DNA of 64,000 bases from Nitrospirota bacterium. GTDB lineage: Bacteria; Nitrospirota; UBA9217. Position 1 is the first letter of the stretch. The number at the start of each line of letters is the position of its first letter. The translations under genes were made by a program, and so were the position numbers. The stretch is from positions 1 to 64,000 of the forward strand of contig CAVVOB010000032.1 of NCBI GenBank assembly GCA_963749655.1, given 5' to 3'. Positions 31,896-40,741 of this stretch are shown here, one piece after another. A model generated the notes under the pieces. The model saw only the letters and a program-made list of their open reading frames with translations, had not been told where the DNA came from and ran no database searches.

Positions 31896-33628
31896 GCGGT
31901 CCTCAAGGGCTCATCGCGAAATTGCTGGTCGTACAGATTCTTATACTCCCCGCCCAAAGCCAGCAGCTCTTCGTGCCTTCCCTGTTCCACGATCTTTCCG
32001 TCTTTAAGCACGATGATCCTGTCGGCGTTCATGATCGTCGAAAGTCGGTGCGCGATGACAAAGCTCGTTCTGCCCGCCATAAGCGTGTCGAGCGCCTTCT
32101 GCACTTCCCGTTCTGACTGGGTATCGAGAGATGATGTCGCCTCGTCGAGGATCAGGATCGGCGCGTTCTTCAGGAGCGCCCGGGCTATGGCAACGCGCTG
32201 CCGCTGGCCGCCTGAAAGCTTCACACCCGACTCCCCGATAACCGTTTCGTAGCCCTGCGGGAGCGCGCGGATGAAGTCGTCCGCGAATGCCGCTTTCGCT
32301 GCGCTGCTGATGTCGTCTGCGCTTCTGCTGGTGTCTCCGTAGGCTATGTTTTCCTTTACCGTATCATTGAAAAGAAATGTCTGCTGCGTCACGATTGCCA
32401 TCAGCGAGCGGAGCGACTCAAGCGAAAGGTCCCGGATATCGCAGCCGTCGATAAGAATCGCCCCTTCCGTTACATCATAAAAACGGGGGACCAGGTTCAC
32501 CAGCGTGGTCTTGCCGCCGCCGCTTTTCCCGACGATGGCGATTGTTTCACCGGCCTTGACGGTCAAATTGATGCCCTTGAGCACCAGATCGTCCTCGTAC
32601 TTGAAAGCAAGATCTCGAAATTCGATCGTTTTGAATTCTCGTTCCGCCGCAACGGCGCCCTTCCGGTTCTTGATCTCCGGCTCGGTATCAAGGACATCGA
32701 AGATGCGCCGTGCCGCGGCGACCCCGTCCTGGACCGTGCTGTTCACACCGTTCAGCTCCTTGATCGGACGGTACAGGAAGTAAAGGGCCGTCATGAAGGA
32801 GAAGAACGCACCTACGGTCATGCCGCCTTCGATGATCCAATACCCGCCGATCAGGATGACAAGGGAAATGCCGAAGGTCGTGATGACCTCCATGATGGGA
32901 TGGGAGACGGAGCTGGTCTTTATGGCGCGCATCAAGGAATTGAAGAGAGCCCGGTTGCGTTGGGCAAAACGACGGTTTTCGTAAGGCTCCATGCCGAATG
33001 CTTTTACGATCCGGATGCCGGAGATGGTTTCATGAATATGGGTGGTCAGGCTGCCGTACTGTTCCTGCATCTGCGTGCTTGCCCGCCTGAACCGCCGGCT
33101 GAACTTTGCCAGCGCTATTCCGAGAAGCGGCATGACGGTCACCGAAAAAGCCGCAAGACGCCAGTCCTTGTAGATAACATAGACCGTCAGCGCCGCCATG
33201 GTGAACACGCCCTGCACGAGGCTGGAGGGAGCCTTCGTCAGCGCGCCCTGCACGAGGTTGACGTCATTGATGATCCTCGAGATCAATACGCCGGTCGGCG
33301 TCCTGGTGTAATAGGAAAATGAGAGCGAGGTCAGCCGGGAATAGAGCTGGTCGCGTATGTCATTTACGATCCTCTGTCCCACGTATCCCATCAGGTAGTC
33401 CCGGGCGTAGGCTGCAGCGCCTTTCAGGATTACGACGGCCATCAGTGCGGGCGGAAGGAGGTACAGGAGGCGCATATCCTTGTTCAGAAATACCCTGTCC
33501 AGCACCGGCTGTACGAGATACGCCTGAAGAGAGATCAGTCCGCTGGTCAGCCCCATGAAGACCACGGCCCAGATCAGACGGGACTTGTAGGGGGAAAGAT
33601 ATTTCAGCAGTCTTTTGTATATTTCCAT
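31892..33628 (-). CDS. msbA: Lipid A flippase ABC transporter MsbA
   Basis: 6-TM domain plus GKSGGGKT, LSGGQRQR, LDEATS; lipid A operon context. Confidence 0.92.
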   Translation of the reverse strand: MEIYKRLLKYLSPYKSRLIWAVVFMGLTSGLISLQAYLVQPVLDRVFLNKDMRLLYLLPPALMAVVILKGAAAYARDYLMGYVGQRIVNDIRDQLYSRLTSLSFSYYTRTPTGVLISRIINDVNLVQGALTKAPSSLVQGVFTMAALTVYVIYKDWRLAAFSVTVMPLLGIALAKFSRRFRRASTQMQEQYGSLTTHIHETISGIRIVKAFGMEPYENRRFAQRNRALFNSLMRAIKTSSVSHPIMEVITTFGISLVILIGGYWIIEGGMTVGAFFSFMTALYFLYRPIKELNGVNSTVQDGVAAARRIFDVLDTEPEIKNRKGAVAAEREFKTIEFRDLAFKYEDDLVLKGINLTVKAGETIAIVGKSGGGKTTLVNLVPRFYDVTEGAILIDGCDIRDLSLESLRSLMAIVTQQTFLFNDTVKENIAYGDTSRSADDISSAAKAAFADDFIRALPQGYETVIGESGVKLSGGQRQRVAIARALLKNAPILILDEATSSLDTQSEREVQKALDTLMAGRTSFVIAHRLSTIMNADRIIVLKDGKIVEQGRHEELLALGGEYKNLYDQQFRDEPLRTA

Positions 33629-33632
33629 GAGG

Positions 33633-34775
33633 TCAGCCAGCCTGTTGGAGCAGCTCCCGGACCACTGATGCGGCGCGGGAGGACGCACCGGCCTCGCCCA
33701 GAAGAGTTCTCACCTCGGCAAGATTCTTCCGGATGGTCCGGTAATATTCGGGGTCATTCAGCATTTTTCCTACTTCGTCGGCCATGTTCTCGGGCGTAGA
33801 GTCGTGCTGGATCAGCTCTGGAACGATGCGTTTCCCTGCCACGATGTTCACCAGGCCCACATCGCGTACTCCCCGAACGAGCTTGGTAAGGATAAAAAAG
33901 TTGAGCGCCGAAATCCGATACACAATCACCATCGGAACGTTCATGATCCCGGTCTCGAGCGTTGCGGTGCCCGATGCAACCACTGCAGCGTCAGACGCTC
34001 TTAAGGCATCATACACCCGTCCGTCGACGAGCTGCACTGCAATTCCGGACTGGTCGGCGTGCCGGCGAATTGATTCGTGATCCAGCGTTGGTGCAAGCGG
34101 AAGAACGAACTGCAAATCGGGGAAGCGCGACAAAAGCAGTCCCGCGGTCTTCAGCATATCGTCCAGAAGGTGCGCAATCTCCGATTTTCTGCTCCCCGGC
34201 AGCAACGCTACGGTACGGCGCGATTCGTCTATACCGAGCGACTTTCTGGCCTGCTCCACGGTGAGTTCCGACCGCACGACGTCGAGGAGCGGATGGCCCA
34301 CGAAACGGACATCAACGCCGGCCTTTTCGTAAAGCGGGACCTCGAAGGGGAACACGACGATCATGGCGTTTACCAGGCCGGCGATCGTCTTGATCCTGCC
34401 CTTTCTCCAGGCCCAGATCTGCGGACTGATGTAATAGAGCACCGGGATACCGAGCTTGCGGGCGGCCTTGCCGAGCATGATGTTGAAATCAGGAAAGTCG
34501 ATCAGGATGATCATGTCCGGACGCTCGCTTGCCAAAAAGCGCTTCAGCTTCGCGTAGACGCGGTAGATCGCAGGGAAATGGGTCACAACGGCGGTTATTC
34601 CCACGACGGAAATTTCCGAGGCATCGGCCAGCATCCGGACGCCGGCTTCCTTCATCCGGACACTGCCCACGCCGTACAGGACCACCGACGGGTCCTGCTT
34701 AACGATCTCCCGTGACAGGTTCGCACCGTGCAGGTCGCCGGACGCTTCACCGGCTACGACGAGGATCTTCTTCAT
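33633..34775 (-). CDS. lpxB: Lipid-A-disaccharide synthase
   Basis: AGEASGD, IDFPDFN, SPQIWAWR, FVGHPL, LPGSR, SGTATLE. Confidence 0.96.
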   Translation of the reverse strand: MKKILVVAGEASGDLHGANLSREIVKQDPSVVLYGVGSVRMKEAGVRMLADASEISVVGITAVVTHFPAIYRVYAKLKRFLASERPDMIILIDFPDFNIMLGKAARKLGIPVLYYISPQIWAWRKGRIKTIAGLVNAMIVVFPFEVPLYEKAGVDVRFVGHPLLDVVRSELTVEQARKSLGIDESRRTVALLPGSRKSEIAHLLDDMLKTAGLLLSRFPDLQFVLPLAPTLDHESIRRHADQSGIAVQLVDGRVYDALRASDAAVVASGTATLETGIMNVPMVIVYRISALNFFILTKLVRGVRDVGLVNIVAGKRIVPELIQHDSTPENMADEVGKMLNDPEYYRTIRKNLAEVRTLLGEAGASSRAASVVRELLQQAG

Positions 34776-34813
34776 TCCAGATTCTAATTTCCCGTTCTGC
34801 CGACGTGACCCGG

Positions 34814-35920
34814 CTACAGGGCCGCTTTAACGGCCTCGCACACTTTCTTTACCTGATCTTCCGTCAATTCGGGGTACATGGGGAGCGACAGTACCTCGCG
34901 GGCCGCCTGTTCCGTATTCGGCAGGCTCCCGGGCTTCATCCCGAGGTCCTTGTATGCAGCCTGCAGATGGAGCGGGACCGGATAATAGATCATGGACGAG
35001 GTAATGCCTCCCTCATCGAGCTTTTTCTTCACCTGGTCTCGGTTCCCGACCCTGATCGTGTATTGGTGAAAAACATGCTTCGTTCCCGGCTGCTCTGCGG
35101 GGGTCTGGGCTCCGGTCCCGGCGAGATACTTGGCATAGAGCTGCGCGTTATTTCTGCGCTGTTCATTGTAGGCATCAATGCGTTTGAGCTTGATCAGAAG
35201 GACCGCCGCCTGCATTTCGTCCAGCCTGCTGTTGTATCCGATTTCATCGTGGTAATACCGCACCTTGCTGCCGTGGTTCCGAAGGCTCATGAGACACTCG
35301 GCTATTTTCGGATCGTCGGTGATCACCATCCCGCCGTCGCCGTACCCACCCAGATTTTTGCTCGGGAAAAAACTGAAGCATCCCGTCTGGCCGAAGGTAC
35401 CGGTCTTCTTTCCGCCCTGTTCGGCGCCGAAGGACTGTGCACAGTCCTCAACCACGGACAGGTTACGGCTCTGGGCAATGCTCTTCAGTCCTGTCATGTC
35501 AGCCGGTTGTCCGTAGAGGTGGACGGGAATAACGGCTTTGGTCCTCTTCGTGATCGCAGCATCGATCTTCTTTATATCGATATTGAACGTCACGGGGTCG
35601 ATGTCTACGAACACGGGCACAGCACCGAGGTAGGATATTGCTTCGGCGGTCGCAATGAACGTAAAAGGTGTCGTGATCACCTCGTCGCCGCGTCCAATGC
35701 CGGCCGCCCGGAGCGCGAGATGCAGCGCATCGGTGCCCGAGGCCACGGCAACGGCATGCTTGACGCCGTGATAGGCTGCCACGGCATCCTCAAGCGCCTT
35801 TCCGCGGGAGCCGAGGATAAAATGGGTGCTTTGCATCACCTCTAAAACAGCCTTGGTAACTTCCTGCTCGAGAGATTCGAACTGGATCCTGAGATCCACC
35901 ATGGGAATCGGTACGGACAT
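34814..35920 (-). CDS. gnnB: DegT/DnrJ PLP aminotransferase, probable GnnB
   Basis: SGTDAL, PVHLYGQ, EDCAQ, SFFPSKNLGGYGDGG, NSRLDE; sits between lpxI/gnnA and lpxB. Confidence 0.8.
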   Translation of the reverse strand: MSVPIPMVDLRIQFESLEQEVTKAVLEVMQSTHFILGSRGKALEDAVAAYHGVKHAVAVASGTDALHLALRAAGIGRGDEVITTPFTFIATAEAISYLGAVPVFVDIDPVTFNIDIKKIDAAITKRTKAVIPVHLYGQPADMTGLKSIAQSRNLSVVEDCAQSFGAEQGGKKTGTFGQTGCFSFFPSKNLGGYGDGGMVITDDPKIAECLMSLRNHGSKVRYYHDEIGYNSRLDEMQAAVLLIKLKRIDAYNEQRRNNAQLYAKYLAGTGAQTPAEQPGTKHVFHQYTIRVGNRDQVKKKLDEGGITSSMIYYPVPLHLQAAYKDLGMKPGSLPNTEQAAREVLSLPMYPELTEDQVKKVCEAVKAAL

Positions 35921-35945
35921 GATACGGAAAGCTCCTCTCTTAACG

Positions 35946-36896
35946 CTAGGGCGCCGGGACGAACCCGGTTATTCCCTGCTTGATGTTTTTTTCTATCAGC
36001 GCCGCCAGGGCGAGCGCCCGTCTGCCCTCAACGCCGGATACGAGCGGCCGCGAACCGTTCCGGACGCATGACACGAACGCCTTGATCTCGTCAGCCAGCG
36101 TGTCGCGCCGTTCGTTGTTGAGCGTCTGCAGGGCAAGTTCGGGAACCCCGGGCCCGCTCTTCCGGGCGATTGATGCGTTCTGGGACTGGTAGTCCGACAG
36201 GAAGATCGAATCGCCGTCCAGAACCCGCAAGGTCCGTTTCTTTTCCTCCGAGATCCTGCTCGCGACGATATCGGCTGCGCAGCCGTTCTCGAAGATGATT
36301 CTTGCCGATGCGATGTCGATGTGGTCCGTAATGATCGAAGCGCCTGCGGCGCTGATCTCCCGCGGCGCTGCGCCCGCGAGATCGGTCACAATATCGATAT
36401 CATGAATCATGAGGTCCAGTACGACGCTGACGTCGGTGCATCGCACCGTGAACGGGGCCGCCCGTTCTGCGCTCATATACCGGGGCGATCTGATCAGGGA
36501 CCGGATCGCGGCCACCGCAGGGTTGAAGCGTTCGATATGTCCTATCTGCAGGGTCAACCCTTTCCCCGATGCAAGGCTGATCAGCTCATCTGCCTGCTCC
36601 GTTGTTACGGTCACGGGTTTTTCGAGTAGGACATGGACCCCCTGTTGTAAAAAAGGCAGCGCGATGCGGTAGTGCAGCGCCGTGGGCACCACAATGCTGA
36701 CGGCGTCGACATTGCCGATGAGCTGAGCAGGAACGGAAAAGGCCCGGGTATGCAGTTTCTCGGCAACCTTCGCTGCAGCAGAAGGATCGGCGTCTACCAC
36801 GCCGACCAGATCAACATCTTCAAGGGCTGCATATTTCTCAGCGTGGAACCGACCGAGATAGCCGACTCCCACAACCCCGACTCTTATTTTTTTCAT
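35946..36896 (-). CDS. gnnA: Gfo/Idh/MocA oxidoreductase, probable GnnA
   Basis: GVVGVGYLGRFH, EKP, GHIERFNPA, DVSVVLDLMIHDID. Confidence 0.8.
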   Translation of the reverse strand: MKKIRVGVVGVGYLGRFHAEKYAALEDVDLVGVVDADPSAAAKVAEKLHTRAFSVPAQLIGNVDAVSIVVPTALHYRIALPFLQQGVHVLLEKPVTVTTEQADELISLASGKGLTLQIGHIERFNPAVAAIRSLIRSPRYMSAERAAPFTVRCTDVSVVLDLMIHDIDIVTDLAGAAPREISAAGASIITDHIDIASARIIFENGCAADIVASRISEEKKRTLRVLDGDSIFLSDYQSQNASIARKSGPGVPELALQTLNNERRDTLADEIKAFVSCVRNGSRPLVSGVEGRRALALAALIEKNIKQGITGFVPAP

Positions 36897-37714
36897 GAAT
36901 TTTCTTCCCTGCCGTCGATTGCCACGATCGTGATCCCTGCGCGATCGGCCTCGGCAGCAACGAGATCGTGATCGAAAATAATGGTTTTCCCCGCTTCCAC
37001 TGCCAGACAGGCGGCTTTGACCTCCTGCATGGTTCGGATGGTCTGGATCCCCACTGCAGGCAGATCGAAGCGAAGGTCCTGTTGGGGTTTGCATACCTTG
37101 ACGACGACCGCGCCTTGTCCGCAGAGCCGGCCGCCGCGTCGGATGGCCTCATCGGTTCCTTCGATCGCCTCCACGGCAAGTACTGCCTGCCCCTTGACCA
37201 CAACGGTCTGGCCGATGTCCAGCCTGCCGATCTCCTTCGCCAGCTGCCATCCGAAATCGATGTCCCGAAGATCGTCCTTGGACGGCTTCGTTCTGGTCAG
37301 CACGCCGCGGGGGGCAAGGATATTGTCGAGATAGAGCGTCGATGCTCTTACCGTAATGCCCTCTGATTGCAACTCGTCGGCGACCGCCCGGAGCAGGGAG
37401 TCGTCCTTCTTATGAATCATCCGCGCAAGCAGGGCGATCGCCCTCATGTCGGGAAGTGCGCCGCTGAAGAGATGGGTTTTTTTGATGCCCCCAGCCATGA
37501 GAACGTCGCGCACGTCCTGTTCCTTAAATATCTTGATGAGCTTGCCGAGTTGACCGACCTTGATCCAGAATATGCCGTCCACCCACTGCGCAAGCTCCGG
37601 CTGCGTCTCCCCTTCATGGGCGACGGCGATCACCTGCAAACCTTTTTCTCTTGCCGCCCGGGCAATAGCAATGGGAAACGTTCCGTTTCCGGCTATAAGA
37701 CCGATCTTGTTCAT
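36893..37714 (-). CDS. lpxI: UDP-2,3-diacylglucosamine pyrophosphatase LpxI (DUF1009)
   Basis: IGLIAGNG.FP, LDIGQTVVV, AVEAIEGTD, QDLRFDLPAVG. Confidence 0.93.
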   Translation of the reverse strand: MNKIGLIAGNGTFPIAIARAAREKGLQVIAVAHEGETQPELAQWVDGIFWIKVGQLGKLIKIFKEQDVRDVLMAGGIKKTHLFSGALPDMRAIALLARMIHKKDDSLLRAVADELQSEGITVRASTLYLDNILAPRGVLTRTKPSKDDLRDIDFGWQLAKEIGRLDIGQTVVVKGQAVLAVEAIEGTDEAIRRGGRLCGQGAVVVKVCKPQQDLRFDLPAVGIQTIRTMQEVKAACLAVEAGKTIIFDHDLVAAEADRAGITIVAIDGREENS

Positions 37715-37794
37715 GCCTTCAATGCCCGATTGCCGTCCAGTTGTTTTCTTCATGCAATAATTCGTTTGTCATGTAAACCGTCATCACGGAAACC

Positions 37795-38568
37795 TTATCT
37801 CGTGATTCCACGTTTCGAAGATTTGATAAAATCGACAAGCGCCTGGACCTCACGGGAATCGGGGAATTCTCCCATCGCTTTGAGTACCGCCTCATCCTGG
37901 GTAAGGCCGGACCGGAAAACGATCTTGTACGCCTTTTTAAGCGTAGCGATCGTCTGATCGCTGAACCCCTTCCGCTTAAGTCCTACGAGGTTCAGGCCGT
38001 AAAGCTGCGCTCGGTTTCCGGCGGCGCTTACATAGGGAGGGATGTCCAGCGTTACCGCAGACTGTCCCCCGATGATGGCATAGGATCCTATCCTCGCAAA
38101 TTGATGAACCGCGACGATGCCCCCGAGAATGGCATGATCGCCGATGACGATATGACCGCCCAGAGCGACTGAATTCGCCATGATGATATTGTGGCCGAGC
38201 TTGCAGTCATGCGCCACATGGGAATAGGCCATGAGAAAATTCTTATTGCCGATGGTTGTCTTCCGGTCCTCTTTGGTCGTTGCGCGGTGAACGGTCGCGC
38301 ATTCGCGGATGACGTTGTCATCGCCGATGATCAAATACGTTTCCTCGTTCCGGTACCCGATGTCCTGGGGCGCCGTTCCGATGCTCGAAAAAGGGAAAAT
38401 ATGATTCCGTTCGCCGATCGTTGTCCAGCCCTCGATCAGGACATGGGCCTCAATTTTCGTGTCTGCTCCGATCGTTACATGTTCGCCAATGACCGAATAG
38501 GGGCCGATCTCGACCCCGCCGGCTATTTTGGCCTTCGGATGGACTATGGCTGTTGGGTGAATGCTCAC
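37795..38568 (-). CDS. lpxA: UDP-N-acetylglucosamine acyltransferase
   Basis: IHPTAIV, PQD, HVAHDC, VHQF, DIPPY, GLNLVGLKR. Confidence 0.97.
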   Translation of the reverse strand: MSIHPTAIVHPKAKIAGGVEIGPYSVIGEHVTIGADTKIEAHVLIEGWTTIGERNHIFPFSSIGTAPQDIGYRNEETYLIIGDDNVIRECATVHRATTKEDRKTTIGNKNFLMAYSHVAHDCKLGHNIIMANSVALGGHIVIGDHAILGGIVAVHQFARIGSYAIIGGQSAVTLDIPPYVSAAGNRAQLYGLNLVGLKRKGFSDQTIATLKKAYKIVFRSGLTQDEAVLKAMGEFPDSREVQALVDFIKSSKRGITR

Positions 38569-38589
38569 GTATTCTCCTGCACTCCGAAA

Positions 38590-39027
38590 TTATTTGTCGG
38601 CAACCATGGCCATCATTTCCGCTTCCGCTACGACGGCGCCGTCGACTTTCGCCGTGCCTGCGAAGCTCATGATGGCGCCCCGCGTTCTCATGAGCTCGAG
38701 TTCAAACCGGACCTGGTCGCCGGGCACCACAGGCTTCCTGAACTTTGCCTTGTCAATACTCATGAAATACAGCACTTTCTTGCTGACCTCTTCCTTGGGA
38801 ATGGACAACAGTGCCATGACTCCGCCTGTCTGTGCCATGGCCTCGAGCAGAAGAACTCCCGGCATGATGGGATGTCCCGGAAAGTGCCCCTGAAAGAACG
38901 GTTCGTTGATCGTCACATTCTTGAGCCCGACTATTTTTTTGCCGGGTTCAATTTCGAGTATCCTGTCAATGAGCAAAAAGGGATACCGGTGCGGCAGTAA
39001 TGCCATGACTTGGTTTATGTCCAGCAT
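38590..39027 (-). CDS. fabZ: 3-hydroxyacyl-ACP dehydratase
   Basis: [34 protein letters not shown]. Confidence 0.97.
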   Translation of the reverse strand: MLDINQVMALLPHRYPFLLIDRILEIEPGKKIVGLKNVTINEPFFQGHFPGHPIMPGVLLLEAMAQTGGVMALLSIPKEEVSKKVLYFMSIDKAKFRKPVVPGDQVRFELELMRTRGAIMSFAGTAKVDGAVVAEAEMMAMVADK

Positions 39028-39063
39028 AAATTCCCCCCTCACAGTGGCATAGTGTGCGCTTCA

Positions 39064-40080
39064 TTATTTGTTCTGCAAAGCCTTAACCTGCTTTTCAAGC
39101 TCCGCGATCTGTTTCTTGAGTTCCGGCAATTTGGGCAGGATCGCCTGCACCCTGAGCCAGTCCCTGAGCGGCATGGCGTTCACGCCGGCCATCACCTGGT
39201 CCGCCGCGATGTCCCTCGTGACGGCCGTCCCTCCTCCTACCATGCTTCTGTCCCCGATTGTTGTGTGGTCTGCAACGCCGGCCTGCCCTCCGAAAACCAC
39301 ATAATTGCCGAGCGTGCTGCTTCCGGCGACGCCGACCTGGGCAGCAAGGAGGCAATGTTCTCCGATCGAGACGTTGTGGGCGATCTGGACCTGGTTGTCG
39401 ATCTTGGTCCCCTGTTTGATTACCGTATTGCCCAGCGTGGCCCTGTCAATGCTGCTGTTGCTTCCGATCTCGACATCGTCTTCTATGACCACACCGCCGA
39501 CCTGAGGAATTTTATGATGCCTGCCTGCATCGGTGACAAAACCGAATCCGTCGCTTCCGATTACCGTGCCGGCGTGAATGATCACACGTTTGCCGATGAC
39601 GATTTTTGCACCGACGGTCACGCTGGGATTCACTATGGAATCATCACCGATCGACGCCCCTTCCCCAACATATACGCCTGGACGGAGGGTCACGCGGTCC
39701 CCGATCCTCGCGCCGTCGCAAACGACCGCAAAAGGCCCGATCGACGGGTCCGCACCGATAGACACGTTCTTTCCGATAAAGGCCTGAGGGCTGATCCCTT
39801 CCGCCTGGTAGGGCTTTACGTAAAACAGTTCAAGAGCGCGGGCGAAGGCGAATCGCGGGTTTTTCACTCTCAGCAGTGGAAGGGGCAAAGGCGGTATGTC
39901 CAGAGGAACAAACGCGGCAGAAGCATGTGACGCGAGGAGGTCATTCAGGTGGCTCTTGCCCGTAATAAAAGTGATGGTTCCTTCGCCGGCGTCCTGAATG
40001 CCGGCCACACCGGTAATTTCCGTATCTCCCGCGCCGGATATCTCTGCACCGATTTTTTCAGCAAGTTCTTTCAGTTTCAT
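39064..40080 (-). CDS. lpxD: UDP-3-O-acylglucosamine N-acyltransferase
   Basis: IGSDGFGF, KIPQVG, IDRA, KIDNQVQIAHNV. Confidence 0.96.
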   Translation of the reverse strand: MKLKELAEKIGAEISGAGDTEITGVAGIQDAGEGTITFITGKSHLNDLLASHASAAFVPLDIPPLPLPLLRVKNPRFAFARALELFYVKPYQAEGISPQAFIGKNVSIGADPSIGPFAVVCDGARIGDRVTLRPGVYVGEGASIGDDSIVNPSVTVGAKIVIGKRVIIHAGTVIGSDGFGFVTDAGRHHKIPQVGGVVIEDDVEIGSNSSIDRATLGNTVIKQGTKIDNQVQIAHNVSIGEHCLLAAQVGVAGSSTLGNYVVFGGQAGVADHTTIGDRSMVGGGTAVTRDIAADQVMAGVNAMPLRDWLRVQAILPKLPELKKQIAELEKQVKALQNK

Positions 40081-40116
40081 CGTTCGCTCGGCCGCCTTGT
40101 GCGGCGGTGTCTGTTG

Positions 40117-40668
40117 CTATTTGGATTCTTCCTTCTTATTCATTTCATCAATGACCTTGCCGGTCATGTCGAGATCATCATCGGCATACAGAACAGCAGG
40201 CACTTCCGCTTTCGAGAGAACGTTGATGACCTTGTTCAGGACAACGGAGACTTTCTCCTTCTTGGATATCTCCTTGAGCACCGTCATCATCTGCTGATTG
40301 AACTGATGCGATAATTCCTCATTCTTTTTGCTGATCTCGTTGGAAAACTCATCGCGCTTCTTCTGAAAATCATTGATTTTCCGGTTGATGCTTTCTTCTT
40401 TTTCCTTTTGAGCCTGATCATTCAGAAGCTTTGCCTGCTTCTGTTTCGTATATTCTTCCTGCAGTTTCTGAATCTCGTCGGCGTCCATGTCCAGGATCTT
40501 CTTGCGGCTTTCATAGTACTCCCTGACAATGCCCTGGTACTTCATGCCCAGTTTGGTCTTATCGAATACCGCCTGCGTGTCCACAACAGCGATTTTGCCG
40601 CCTGCAGCCATTGCATTAGCGGCAAGCATACACACGATCGTCACTGCAAAAAACAAATGCTTTTTCAT
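40117..40668 (-). CDS. skp: OmpH/Skp periplasmic chaperone
   Basis: Signal peptide, KIAVVD, long coiled coil, LYADDDLDMT; follows bamA. Confidence 0.9.
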   Translation of the reverse strand: MKKHLFFAVTIVCMLAANAMAAGGKIAVVDTQAVFDKTKLGMKYQGIVREYYESRKKILDMDADEIQKLQEEYTKQKQAKLLNDQAQKEKEESINRKINDFQKKRDEFSNEISKKNEELSHQFNQQMMTVLKEISKKEKVSVVLNKVINVLSKAEVPAVLYADDDLDMTGKVIDEMNKKEESK

Positions 40669-40741
40669 GAGACTCCTCCTTAGAGAAAAATGCTAAGTTT
40701 ACGTGGGCAATCTGTAGCATGGCCCTGATCGGGTAGCTTGA

